DNA of 64,000 nt from positions 47,271-111,270 of the forward strand of contig FR880046.1 in assembly GCA_000435175.1 (NCBI GenBank), in the 5' to 3' direction. The position numbers and the translations under genes were made by a program. This document shows positions 52,739 through 61,697 of this stretch, piece by piece (the stretch's first letter is position 1; the number at the start of each line of letters is the position of its first letter). Source of the stretch: Clostridium sp. CAG:245. Its GTDB lineage: Bacteria > Bacillota > Clostridia > TANB77 > CAG-508. The notes beneath the pieces were generated by a model. It saw only the letters and a program-made list of their open reading frames with translations, was not told the origin of the DNA and did not search any database.

Positions 52739-53329
52739 ATGAAAAAACAAACAATTATCGCAATAGTTATTGCAGTAATCGTAGTTCTTGCAATTACAAT
52801 AGGAGTAGTTGTAGAAAATAGTAAAAAAACAAAAGGAGAAAGTAGTACAATAGAGACAGCTTCTCAAATGAAGGCAATGTTTAAATCTATCTATAATAAA
52901 TTAGGAGATGAATTGCCAGATTTAGAAACAGCTAAAATTGATGTAAGTGATGCCTTAGCTGTAAAAGATTATACAGGTTTGCAATCAAACGAAAATGTAG
53001 AAACACTTGTTGTATCTGAACCATCAATGTCTTCACAAGCATATTCAGCAGTTGCAGTAAAAGTAAAATCGGGTGCTAATGTAGAAAAGATGAAACAAGA
53101 AATGCTAGACAATATCGACATGGCAAAATGGATTTGTGTTTCAGCTAGTAACTTATATATAACAAACAGCGGAAATACAATATTTATGGTAATGTCAGAC
53201 GAAGACTGGGCAAAACCAGTATATGAAGCATTTAAAGAATATGTAAATAATAATATAGGAAAAGAATTAGAAAAGGTATCTGATGAGGAAGATATAGAAC
53301 TACCACCAGAAATGCCAGCAGTAATGTAA
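52739..53329 (+). CDS. Hypothetical membrane-anchored/secreted protein
   Basis: N-terminal signal/TM (MKKQTIIAIVIAVIVVLAITIGVVV) plus a soluble domain. Confidence 0.5.
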   Translation: MKKQTIIAIVIAVIVVLAITIGVVVENSKKTKGESSTIETASQMKAMFKSIYNKLGDELPDLETAKIDVSDALAVKDYTGLQSNENVETLVVSEPSMSSQAYSAVAVKVKSGANVEKMKQEMLDNIDMAKWICVSASNLYITNSGNTIFMVMSDEDWAKPVYEAFKEYVNNNIGKELEKVSDEEDIELPPEMPAVM

Positions 53330-53335
53330 AAATTT

Positions 53336-53365
53336 CGCCCAATAGGGACGCCCCTTTTTGGGCGG
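53336..53365 (+). repeat. GC-rich palindromic hairpin element, copy 4
   Basis: CGCCCAATAGGGACGCCCCTTTTTGGGCGG, followed by a T7 run. Confidence 0.7.
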
Positions 53366-53396
53366 AATTTTTTTAAAAAAATAATTAACAAGTTTT

Positions 53397-53426
53397 CGCC
53401 CCCAAAAGGAGCGTCCCTATTGGGCG
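53397..53426 (-). repeat. GC-rich palindromic hairpin element, copy 5 (reverse orientation), forming an inverted pair with copy 4 around a 31-bp AT-rich spacer
   Basis: CGCCCCCAAAAGGAGCGTCCCTATTGGGCG is the reverse complement of the consensus. Directly followed by the AGGAGG RBS of the MBOAT gene. Confidence 0.65.
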
Positions 53427-53438
53427 AAAGGAGGAAAC

Positions 53439-54830
53439 ATGCTTTTTACAAGTATTAGCTTTTTATATTATTTTTTACCAATTGTATTGATTGCGTATTT
53501 TATTGTGCCAAAGAAGGCGAAAAATTTCGTGTTATTTATTGCTTCTATGGCATTTTATTTTTATGGTGAACCAAAATATATTTTCTTGATGTTAGCAGAA
53601 ATTTTTATTGCTTATATAGGAGCCATTTTAATAGCTAAATACAAAAAGAAAAGCATTTTGACAGTCACTCTTGCAATTCATATAGGATTGTTAGTATTTT
53701 TTAAATACACAGATTTTTTAATTGCAAATATTAATAATATTTTTAACGCAAAACTTAACTTATTACAGCTAGCATTGCCAATAGGAATATCATTTTATAC
53801 TTTTCAAATTATCAGTTATGAGATTGACGTGTTTAGAGGAAATGTTAAGGTTCAAAGAAATTTCTTAAATTTAGCAACATATGTAGCTTTATTTCCACAG
53901 CTAATTGCAGGGCCAATTGTAAGATATGAAACGATTGAGGATGAGCTTTCTAACAGAAAACATAGCTTTGAAAATTTTGCCTATGGAGCTAGAAGATTTG
54001 TTATAGGACTTGCAAAAAAAGTACTTATCGCAAATATGCTAGGTGAATTTTGTAACAAATTTTCAGCAACTGATGAAAAGAGTGTAGTGCTATATTGGCT
54101 ATTTGCAATCTCGTACATGCTACAAATATACTTTGATTTTTCGGCTTATTCGGATATGGCAATAGGACTGGGAAGAATATTTGGTTTCCACTTCTTAGAA
54201 AACTTCAACTACCCATACATATCAAAGAGCATAACAGAATTCTGGAGAAGATGGCATATTTCGCTAGGTTCGTGGTTTAGAGATTATGTTTATATTCCTC
54301 TAGGAGGAAGTAGAAAAGGAAAATTAATACTTGTGAGAAATCTTATTATAGTTTGGCTTCTTACTGGTATTTGGCATGGAGCAAGTTGGAACTTTGTAAT
54401 ATGGGGATTAATGTTTGGAATATTATTAATAATAGAAAAATTATGGCTTGGCAAATACATAGAAAAACTTCCAAATATTTTCAAGAGATTATATGTAATT
54501 TTTATTGTAATGATAAGTTTTATAATATTTAATGCGGGCACAATGAAGGAAGCATTTACTAATATTTCAGGATTATTTGGTGCAAATTCTACTTGTATAA
54601 TAAACGATTACACAATATATTATCTAAGAAGTTACTTAATTACAATAATAATAGCGATAATCGGAGCAACACCAATTCTAAAAAATACAATCGGAGCATT
54701 GAAAACAAAACCAGTAATGAATAAGATTATTAATATATTAGAACCAATAACTATAGTAATAATTTTGCTAATTGTAACAGCGTACTTAGTTGATAATTCG
54801 TATAATCCATTTCTTTATTTTAGATTTTAA
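53439..54830 (+). CDS. MBOAT family membrane-bound O-acyltransferase (AlgI/DltB-like)
   Basis: Multi-TM protein with the conserved MBOAT histidine region (FWRRWHISLGSWFRDYVYIPLGGSR). Confidence 0.85.
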   Translation: MLFTSISFLYYFLPIVLIAYFIVPKKAKNFVLFIASMAFYFYGEPKYIFLMLAEIFIAYIGAILIAKYKKKSILTVTLAIHIGLLVFFKYTDFLIANINNIFNAKLNLLQLALPIGISFYTFQIISYEIDVFRGNVKVQRNFLNLATYVALFPQLIAGPIVRYETIEDELSNRKHSFENFAYGARRFVIGLAKKVLIANMLGEFCNKFSATDEKSVVLYWLFAISYMLQIYFDFSAYSDMAIGLGRIFGFHFLENFNYPYISKSITEFWRRWHISLGSWFRDYVYIPLGGSRKGKLILVRNLIIVWLLTGIWHGASWNFVIWGLMFGILLIIEKLWLGKYIEKLPNIFKRLYVIFIVMISFIIFNAGTMKEAFTNISGLFGANSTCIINDYTIYYLRSYLITIIIAIIGATPILKNTIGALKTKPVMNKIINILEPITIVIILLIVTAYLVDNSYNPFLYFRF

Positions 54831-54847
54831 GAAAGGAAACAATAAAA

Positions 54848-55936
54848 ATGAGTGATAATGTAAAAAACGCAGTTATTACGATAATATTTGTGAGCGTCTT
54901 AGTTATAACTATGATTGTAAATATTGCTAAAAAAGACGGTACTATATCGATTTCGGAAAGAAGAAAGTTAGAACAGTTTCCAAGTTTTTCTATATATAAG
55001 TTATTCAATGGGAAATTTTTCGAAAAATTTGATAAATATACAACAGACCAGTTTACCTACAGAGACAATTTGAGAAAATTAAAGGTAGAAACCGAATTAA
55101 ATATTTTCAAAAAGAAAGATTATAATAATTTATATGAATACAATGGATATATCATAAATCAAGAATATCCGCTAAATGAGAAATCTATTGAAAATCTTTC
55201 AAACAAGGTAAAACAAATAGCAAACCAGTATTTGACAGAGAATAACAATGTGTATTTCACTATAGTTCCAGATAAAAATTATTTTGTGGATAAGGACAAT
55301 TTAAAGTTAGATTATAACAAAATGGAAGATATGTTAAAAGCAGATTTAACGTTTGCTGAATACATAAAAATAAATGATTTGCTAGAATTATCAGACTATT
55401 ATAAGACAGATACACACTGGAAACAAGAAAATATATTAAAAATCGCAGAAAAAATTGCAAATCAGATGAATGCAAATATATCAAAAGATTATGAAACTAT
55501 AAGAATTACTGATTTTAAAGGCGTATATAGTGGTCAACTTCCAATTAGCAGTGAAAACGACGAAATAAAAGTACTAACCAATGACACATTAAAAAGATGC
55601 AAGGTATATAATTATGAAACAAAAGAGTATTCTGGTATTTACAATTTAAATAAAATAAATAGTTTAGATAAATATGATGTATATCTATCAGGAGCAACGC
55701 CAATGCTAACAATAGAGAATCCAGATTATAATGGTACTAAAGAACTAATAGTATTTAGGGACTCTTATGGTAGCAGTTTAATTCCATTATTGGTTACAGG
55801 ATATAGCAAAGTAACAGTGGTCGATACAAGATATATATCACCAAAGTTGCTAAATCAATATATAGAATTTAAAGACCAAGATGTGTTATTTATGTACAGT
55901 ACATTAATAATAAATAATAGCACAACACTAAAATAA
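54848..55936 (+). CDS. AlgX/AlgJ-like SGNH (DHHW-family) partner of the MBOAT acyltransferase
   Basis: N-terminal TM, then a domain with YKTDTHW and FRDSYGSS motifs. Conserved MBOAT-DHHW gene pair. Confidence 0.7.
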   Translation: MSDNVKNAVITIIFVSVLVITMIVNIAKKDGTISISERRKLEQFPSFSIYKLFNGKFFEKFDKYTTDQFTYRDNLRKLKVETELNIFKKKDYNNLYEYNGYIINQEYPLNEKSIENLSNKVKQIANQYLTENNNVYFTIVPDKNYFVDKDNLKLDYNKMEDMLKADLTFAEYIKINDLLELSDYYKTDTHWKQENILKIAEKIANQMNANISKDYETIRITDFKGVYSGQLPISSENDEIKVLTNDTLKRCKVYNYETKEYSGIYNLNKINSLDKYDVYLSGATPMLTIENPDYNGTKELIVFRDSYGSSLIPLLVTGYSKVTVVDTRYISPKLLNQYIEFKDQDVLFMYSTLIINNSTTLK

Positions 55937-55965
55937 GCATAGTCTGATATTAAAAAGGAGATATT

Positions 55966-56217
55966 ATGATAGAAATAGTATTTAAATTGGATGAGAACAA
56001 GGCGATTGCATATGACTCCGAGAACAAGGTTGGCGAATGTGATTTTGAGAAAATAGATGATATTTGGAATATAACACATACAGAAGTTGATAGTGATTAT
56101 CAAGGACAAGGTATAGCTAGAAAGTTAGTAGAAAATGTTATAGAAAATTCTCAAAAATATAATAAAAAGATAACAGCAACATGTTCATATGCAAGAAAAA
56201 TAATTGAGAAAGAATAA
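55966..56217 (+). CDS. Small GNAT-family N-acetyltransferase
   Basis: 83 aa with the acetyl-CoA binding motif YQGQGIARKLVENVIE. Confidence 0.6.
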   Translation: MIEIVFKLDENKAIAYDSENKVGECDFEKIDDIWNITHTEVDSDYQGQGIARKLVENVIENSQKYNKKITATCSYARKIIEKE

Positions 56218-56269
56218 TTTTTAATAATTAGAAAATACTTGCATATAATAAAAATGTATATTATAATAT

Positions 56270-56400
56270 ATAAAGAATATGGTGTTGGTAATAAGGCAAT
56301 ACCAAAGGAGAAAAAATTCTCAAAAAAAGTTGGTGAATCCAGCCATAAAATTGGAACTTAAAAAAGGAAGGTTAGAGTGTAAAGCTCTAATCTTTTTTTT
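56270..56400 (+). ncRNA. Candidate type III antitoxin RNA: promoter (TTGCAT-17-TATAAT, 56237..56266), two degenerate ~44-nt pseudo-repeats, and an intrinsic terminator (TTAGAG...CTCTAA + T9) upstream of the toxN-like gene
   Basis: Architecture promoter - short non-coding transcript - terminator - ToxN-family gene. Pseudo-repeats GTTGGTAATAAGGCAATACCAAAGG... and GTTGGTGAATCCAGCCATAAAATTGG... (~60% identity). A second near-identical promoter copy (TTGCAA-18-TATAAT, 56421..56450) follows the terminator. Confidence 0.35.
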
Positions 56401-56477
56401 ACAAATTTTAGAAAAATACTTGCAAACATATGTACGTATGTGATATAATGCAGAAAATGTATAAGGAGCTGGTTGGT

Positions 56478-57002
56478 ATGATTAAAAATTTACAAATTAT
56501 AAGAGTGAATACAAATTATTGCGATTATTTAAGAAAATTTGATTCAAGAGTAGCCTACAATATGAATGAAAAAGAGATTAGACCTTTTGTAGGAATATTA
56601 TTCAAGATAGAAGATTGCGAATATTTTGCACCACTATCTAGTCCAAAGTCGAAACACAAGAAAATGAAAAATACCATTGATTTTCTAAAGATAAAAAACG
56701 GTGAACTTGGAGCTGTGAATTTTAATAACATGATTCCTGTAAAAAGTGATTATTACTCTATTATTGATTTAAATCAATCAACTTTAACTCTAAATGAAGC
56801 AAAATACCAGAAACTATTAAAAGAACAATTAGCTTGGTTAAACGCAAATTATATTCAAGTAAAAGATAAATCATATAAATTATATACTTTATATAACAAA
56901 GGAAAACTGCCAGAAACCATGAGAGAAAGATGTTGTAATTTTAAGCTACTAGAAGAAAAATGTTTAAAATATACTATTATAGATAGGAGTTTACATGGAT
57001 AA
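56478..57002 (+). CDS. toxN: Type III toxin-antitoxin system toxin, ToxN/AbiQ family endoribonuclease
   Basis: Matches ToxN throughout: YCDYLRKFDSRV (ToxN YIEYLKEFDDKV), FVGILFKIEDCEYFAPLSSPKSKH (ToxN FIGIVLEIQGHKYLAPLTSPKKWH), NNMIPV, and C-terminal CCNFKLLEEK (ToxN CDFAVLEEK). Start after the AAGGAG RBS. Confidence 0.75.
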   Translation: MIKNLQIIRVNTNYCDYLRKFDSRVAYNMNEKEIRPFVGILFKIEDCEYFAPLSSPKSKHKKMKNTIDFLKIKNGELGAVNFNNMIPVKSDYYSIIDLNQSTLTLNEAKYQKLLKEQLAWLNANYIQVKDKSYKLYTLYNKGKLPETMRERCCNFKLLEEKCLKYTIIDRSLHG

Positions 57003-57543
57003 TAAAAAAAGATGCAAGTGGTGCAATATGAAGAATTCACTATATATAAAATATCATGATGAGGAATGGTGCAAACCGAACTTTGATGAGAAATATTTAT
57101 ATGAGATGCTTATATTAGAGTCTTTTCAAGCTGGACTTTCTTGGGAGTGTGTACTAAATAAAAGACAAGCCTTTGAGATGGCTTATGATAACTTTAACAT
57201 AGAAAAAGTATGCCAATATGATGATGAAAAAGTCATAGAACTGCAACAAAATAAAAAGATAATTAGAAATAAATTAAAGATAAAAGCAAGCATAAACAAT
57301 TCTAAAATATTTAAGAATATACAAAAAGAATTTGGCTCGTTCAATAACTATTTAAAGACTTTCACAGATGGCAAAACATACTATGAAATAGATAAGACAA
57401 CATCTCCAATTTCTGATGCTATCTCAAAAAACCTACAAAAAAGAGGAATGAAATTTGTAGGTTCAACAATAATATATTCATATTTACAGGCAATAGGAGT
57501 GATTATATCTCATGATAAAGATTGTTTTCTTTTCGCCCAATAG
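56995..57543 (+). CDS. tag: DNA-3-methyladenine glycosylase I
   Basis: YHDEEWCKP, LILESFQAGLSW and IIRNKLKIKASINNSK motifs. Stop codon donated by hairpin element copy 6. Confidence 0.9.
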   Translation: MDNKKRCKWCNMKNSLYIKYHDEEWCKPNFDEKYLYEMLILESFQAGLSWECVLNKRQAFEMAYDNFNIEKVCQYDDEKVIELQQNKKIIRNKLKIKASINNSKIFKNIQKEFGSFNNYLKTFTDGKTYYEIDKTTSPISDAISKNLQKRGMKFVGSTIIYSYLQAIGVIISHDKDCFLFAQ

Positions 57544-57564
57544 GGACGCCCCTTTTTGGTCGAT
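57535..57564 (+). repeat. GC-rich palindromic hairpin element, copy 6; supplies the tag stop codon
   Basis: CGCCCAATAGGGACGCCCCTTTTTGGTCGA (one mismatch in the 3' arm). The TAG at 57541..57543 is inside it (...LFAQ*). Confidence 0.65.
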
Positions 57565-57644
57565 TAGTTTTTTATATATTGAAAAATATTTAAATATTTG
57601 ATAGTATGGGAAAAGAAAGAATATTATTTAGCAAGGAGATCAAA

Positions 57645-58352
57645 GTGGAAAGAATAGATAAGATAATAGCTTCTCAAACTAACTATTCAAGAAAAGACGT
57701 TAAAAAGCTTATATCTCAGAAGAAAGTAAGAGTAAATGACGAGATTGTAAAAAGACCAGAACAAAAGTTTGATGAGCAACAAGATACAATATATATAGAT
57801 GAAAATAAATTAGATATGAAGAAACACATATACCTAGTACTCAACAAGCCACAGGGATACATATCAGCAACAGAAGATAGAACAGCAAAGACGGTATTAG
57901 ATTTAGTACCAGAGCAATATATGAGAAAAGGATTATTCCCGGCGGGAAGACTAGACAAAGATACTACTGGAATGATGATTATAACAGACGATGGCGAGTT
58001 TGCACACAACATACTAGCTCCAAGAAAACACATAGAAAAAACATATAGAGTACAAATAGATATAGACATAACAGAAGAGATGAGAGAAAAATTCAAACAA
58101 GGAATCGTTCTAAAAGACCACGTGTGCTGCCCAGCGACAATTATAGTAGAAGATAAAAATACGGCTTTAATAACAATAACAGAAGGAAAATATCATCAAA
58201 TAAAAAGAATGTTTGGATGCTTTGGAGCAAAAGTAGTAAAATTGCACAGAATATCAATGGGAGGCTTACAACTACCAAGTGACTTAGAAGAAGGACAGTG
58301 CAGAGAGCTAACTAAAGAAGAATTAGAAAAAGTATGCATAAGAGACAAGTAA
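57645..58352 (+). CDS. rsuA: Pseudouridine synthase, RsuA/RluB family (S4 domain)
   Basis: S4 domain RIDKIIASQTNYSRKDVKKLI and catalytic GRLDKDTTGMMIITDDG. GTG start after the AAGGAG RBS (the ORF-track ATG at 57606 is also possible). Confidence 0.8.
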   Translation: MERIDKIIASQTNYSRKDVKKLISQKKVRVNDEIVKRPEQKFDEQQDTIYIDENKLDMKKHIYLVLNKPQGYISATEDRTAKTVLDLVPEQYMRKGLFPAGRLDKDTTGMMIITDDGEFAHNILAPRKHIEKTYRVQIDIDITEEMREKFKQGIVLKDHVCCPATIIVEDKNTALITITEGKYHQIKRMFGCFGAKVVKLHRISMGGLQLPSDLEEGQCRELTKEELEKVCIRDK

Positions 58353-58362
58353 GGAGAATAGA

Positions 58363-59004
58363 ATGAATATATTAAAACCACAAAAGATGTTGTTTGATAA
58401 TTTAAGAACTATTGAGAATTTACAAAGTGAATTAATAGAAAATGATGAATTAGAAAATGTTAAGATAAAAGATTATTCAACAAGTAATCTAGAAGTTTTT
58501 GATGCTACTTGCAATAAGGCAATATTTAATAATGTTTCTATAATAAATAGCAGGCTTGAAAAAACATCTTTTACAGATGTAGAGTTTAGCAATTGCAATT
58601 TTTCGAATACGACGTTTGACAATTGTAGCTTTATAAGATGTGAGTTTAATAATTGCAAGCTAACTGGATGTAATTTTATAGAAAATGTTTTATTTGATAT
58701 TGGATTTATAGATTCGAATATGGGGTATGCTAATATATCAATGAGCAACTTAAGGGGATTATTCTTTAATAATACATCGATAAGAAGCGGAAGTTTGCAG
58801 GAAAATAAAGTTAAAAATATAAACTTTAAAGAAGCGGACCTAACAGGTACACAATTTTTTAAAACAAGTTTAAATGGAATAGATTTATCAAATAGTAATA
58901 TAGATCAAATTGCAGTTTCACTTGAAGATATAAGAGGTGCAAAAATAAACCAAATGCAAGCAATAGATTTAATGTATTTATTAGGAGTAAAGGTTGTGGA
59001 ATAA
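58363..59004 (+). CDS. Pentapeptide repeat protein, Qnr-like (DNA gyrase protection family)
   Basis: 213 aa of tandem pentapeptide repeats (CNFSNTTFDNCSFIRCEFNNCKLTGCNF...). Size and tail (QAIDLMYLLGVKV) resemble Gram-positive Qnr-like proteins such as EfsQnr. Confidence 0.75.
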   Translation: MNILKPQKMLFDNLRTIENLQSELIENDELENVKIKDYSTSNLEVFDATCNKAIFNNVSIINSRLEKTSFTDVEFSNCNFSNTTFDNCSFIRCEFNNCKLTGCNFIENVLFDIGFIDSNMGYANISMSNLRGLFFNNTSIRSGSLQENKVKNINFKEADLTGTQFFKTSLNGIDLSNSNIDQIAVSLEDIRGAKINQMQAIDLMYLLGVKVVE

Positions 59005-59243
59005 TAGATGTATAATTGCATGAAAAGAATTAAATATTTTCGACTAACATTTTCTTCGGTGAAAATTTTTAAGAAAAAAATCTGAAAAAAAAATTAAAAA
59101 TTTTGATTGACTTTTTTTCTTTCTAAGTGATATAATAGGCAAGCTGACAAAAAAGAGAGTAAGGGTTGTGAGAAGAATTTAGTGTTTTCTCCAACCTGAT
59201 ATTTATGTCTTTTTATCAAAAAAGAGGAGGAATAAACTAAAAA

Positions 59244-61250
59244 ATGGAACAAGAAAATATACTTGGAAAAGAAAAAATAGGAAAGCTAATATTAAAGTTT
59301 TCTATTCCTTGCATTGTTTCAATGTTGGTAAACTCATTATATAATATAGTTGACCAAATATTTATTGGACAAGGAGTAGGAACATTAGGAAACGGTGCTA
59401 CAAACGTAGTATTCCCATTAGTAATGATAGGATTGGCATTTTCTCTAATGTTTGGAGATGGTGCATCAGCATATTTAAGTTTAAAACTTGGAGAAAAGAA
59501 GAAAAAAGAAGCAGAAAAAGGAATTGGCAATGGAATATTATTATCTGCAATTGTATCAATAATTTTCTGCGTAATTACATTAATTTTTTTACCACAACTT
59601 TTAACACTATTTGGATGTACTGATAAGCTAAGAGACTTAGCAATGACTTATGGAAGAATTATAGCAATTGGTTTTCCTTTTTCGATGATTGGAACAACTT
59701 TGAACTCAATTATTAGGGCAGATGGAAATCCTAAATATGCTATGACAAGCATGGTTACTGGTGCAATTTTAAATACAATATTAGATCCAATATTTATATT
59801 TGTATTTCACAAAGGAGTTGCTGGAGCAGCTATTGCAACTGTAATAAGCCAGGTGCTTACATTTATATTGAATGTTGCATATATCAAGAAATTTAAATCT
59901 ATACAATTGTCAAAAGATAGCTTTAAATTAAAAGCTGAGGTATGTAAAAAGGTTTCAATGCTTGGTGTAAGCAGTTTTATTACTCAAATGAGTATTGTGT
60001 GCGTTATGGCAGCTGAGAATAATTTACTTGGAAAATATGGAGCTCAAAGCGATTATGGAGCCGAGACTCCAATTACTGTTCTTGGTATTGTAATGAAGAT
60101 AAATCAGATATTAAACAGCATAATAATCGGTATTGCTGCAGGAAGTCAACCTATAATTGGATATAACTATGGTGCTAAGAAATATGACAGAGTAAGGAAA
60201 ACGTTAAAGATTGTTTTAGGGTCAAGCTTGGTAATAAGCACAATAGCATTCATATTGTTCCAAACAATACCAGATAAATTAATCTTAATATTTGGTAATG
60301 GTGATGCAAAATACATGGAATTCGCATGTTTAGCATTTAGAACGTATTTATTACTTTGCATTTGCAATGGTGTTCAAATTCCATCAGGAATATTCTTTCA
60401 GGCAATCGGAAAAAGCACAAAGAGTGCTATATTATCACTTTCAAGACAAATTGTTATATTGATTCCTGCTATGATAATATTAAGTGGAATCTATGGAATA
60501 ATGGGTGTATTAAGTGCTGGACCGGTAGCTGATGGATTAGCATTTGTATTGGCTGTTATACTTCTAGTAAAAGAAACAAGAAACATGAAGAATGATGGAG
60601 TAGAAACAGAAAAAGCAGAAAGAAAAGAAATACCAGAAACTGCAGTAGCTAACAACGGAATTGTAATCACAATTGCAAGAGAATACGGCTCTGGTGGAAG
60701 ATATATCGGAAAATTGGTAGCAGAGAAACTAGGAATTAAACTATATGACAAGAATATAATAGAAAAAATGTCAGAAGAAACAGGCTTATCAAAAGAATAT
60801 ATAAAAGACAACGAACAAAAAAGAACTGTTTTTGATAGTTTCAATAATGGCTATTATGCTGGTCTGAATAACTCTGACGAACTATTTATACAAGAATCAA
60901 ACTTAATAAAAGATTTAGCTGATAAAGAATCTTGCGTAATAGTTGGAAGATGTGCAGACTTCATATTAAAAGACAAAAAGAATGTTTTGAAAATATTTGT
61001 AAGTAGTAGCATGGAAAATAAAATAAAAAGAGCAACTGAATTTTATCATATGGATAAAGAAAAAGCAGAAAAAGAAATTGCAAGAATAAACAAATTAAGA
61101 TCAAACCACTACGAATACTACACGGAAAGAGGATGGGAGACGCCATCAAATTATGACATTTGCGTAAATAGCGACTCTATTGGAATAAATAATGTTGTAG
61201 ACTTAATATGCAGTATAGTAGAAAAAAGTAAAGAGTTAGTAATTAAATAA
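59244..61250 (+). CDS. MATE family efflux transporter fused to a C-terminal cytidylate kinase-like (Cytidylate_kin2) domain
   Basis: 12-TM MATE core (~450 aa), then a ~200-aa soluble domain (IVITIAREYGSGGRYIGKLVAEKLGIKLYDKNI...) of the cytidylate-kinase-like family. Upstream TTGACT-18-TATAAT promoter at ~59107..59136. Confidence 0.8.
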   Translation: MEQENILGKEKIGKLILKFSIPCIVSMLVNSLYNIVDQIFIGQGVGTLGNGATNVVFPLVMIGLAFSLMFGDGASAYLSLKLGEKKKKEAEKGIGNGILLSAIVSIIFCVITLIFLPQLLTLFGCTDKLRDLAMTYGRIIAIGFPFSMIGTTLNSIIRADGNPKYAMTSMVTGAILNTILDPIFIFVFHKGVAGAAIATVISQVLTFILNVAYIKKFKSIQLSKDSFKLKAEVCKKVSMLGVSSFITQMSIVCVMAAENNLLGKYGAQSDYGAETPITVLGIVMKINQILNSIIIGIAAGSQPIIGYNYGAKKYDRVRKTLKIVLGSSLVISTIAFILFQTIPDKLILIFGNGDAKYMEFACLAFRTYLLLCICNGVQIPSGIFFQAIGKSTKSAILSLSRQIVILIPAMIILSGIYGIMGVLSAGPVADGLAFVLAVILLVKETRNMKNDGVETEKAERKEIPETAVANNGIVITIAREYGSGGRYIGKLVAEKLGIKLYDKNIIEKMSEETGLSKEYIKDNEQKRTVFDSFNNGYYAGLNNSDELFIQESNLIKDLADKESCVIVGRCADFILKDKKNVLKIFVSSSMENKIKRATEFYHMDKEKAEKEIARINKLRSNHYEYYTERGWETPSNYDICVNSDSIGINNVVDLICSIVEKSKELVIK

Positions 61251-61299
61251 AACTATAAAGAGCGGAGCAGAAGTGCTTGAATGGAACTCATTATTTTAT

Positions 61300-61341
61300 A
61301 AAACGGTAGTGCGGGTGTAACAATACTCGCACTACCGTTTT
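61300..61341. terminator. Bidirectional terminator between convergent genes
   Basis: AAAACGGTAGTGCG...CGCACTACCGTTTT, a 14-bp stem. Confidence 0.65.
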
Positions 61342-61343
61342 AG

Positions 61344-61697
61344 TTATGGTTCAAAATCGATAAGTAATAACTTTTTTAAACAAGCTCCGTAATGACAATA
61401 TTCAATTCTATGTTCACGCGAATAGTATATAGCAAGATGCATATATTCCTTAGTAATAGGTGCAAAGCCAAAGATTGATGTGTCTTGGCTTTCCTCCTTA
61501 TAATATCCACACCAATGCATAAAATCTTCATTATAAGCATATACAGAACCGCCGAGGGCATTGGTAAGAGGTAAATCCTTAACAATTTCCTTCGATACAA
61601 ATATTTGTGTATTAGGTCTACTTGTTAATGTCTTTTCAATTATTGAAAAAGTTTCGCGTGGATTCTCCCGAGTTACAAAAGCCTGCTTTACAATCAT
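61344..61697 (-). CDS. Hypothetical protein
   Basis: 117-aa ORF with protein-like composition. No family confidently recognised. Confidence 0.4.
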   Translation of the reverse strand: MIVKQAFVTRENPRETFSIIEKTLTSRPNTQIFVSKEIVKDLPLTNALGGSVYAYNEDFMHWCGYYKEESQDTSIFGFAPITKEYMHLAIYYSREHRIEYCHYGACLKKLLLIDFEP

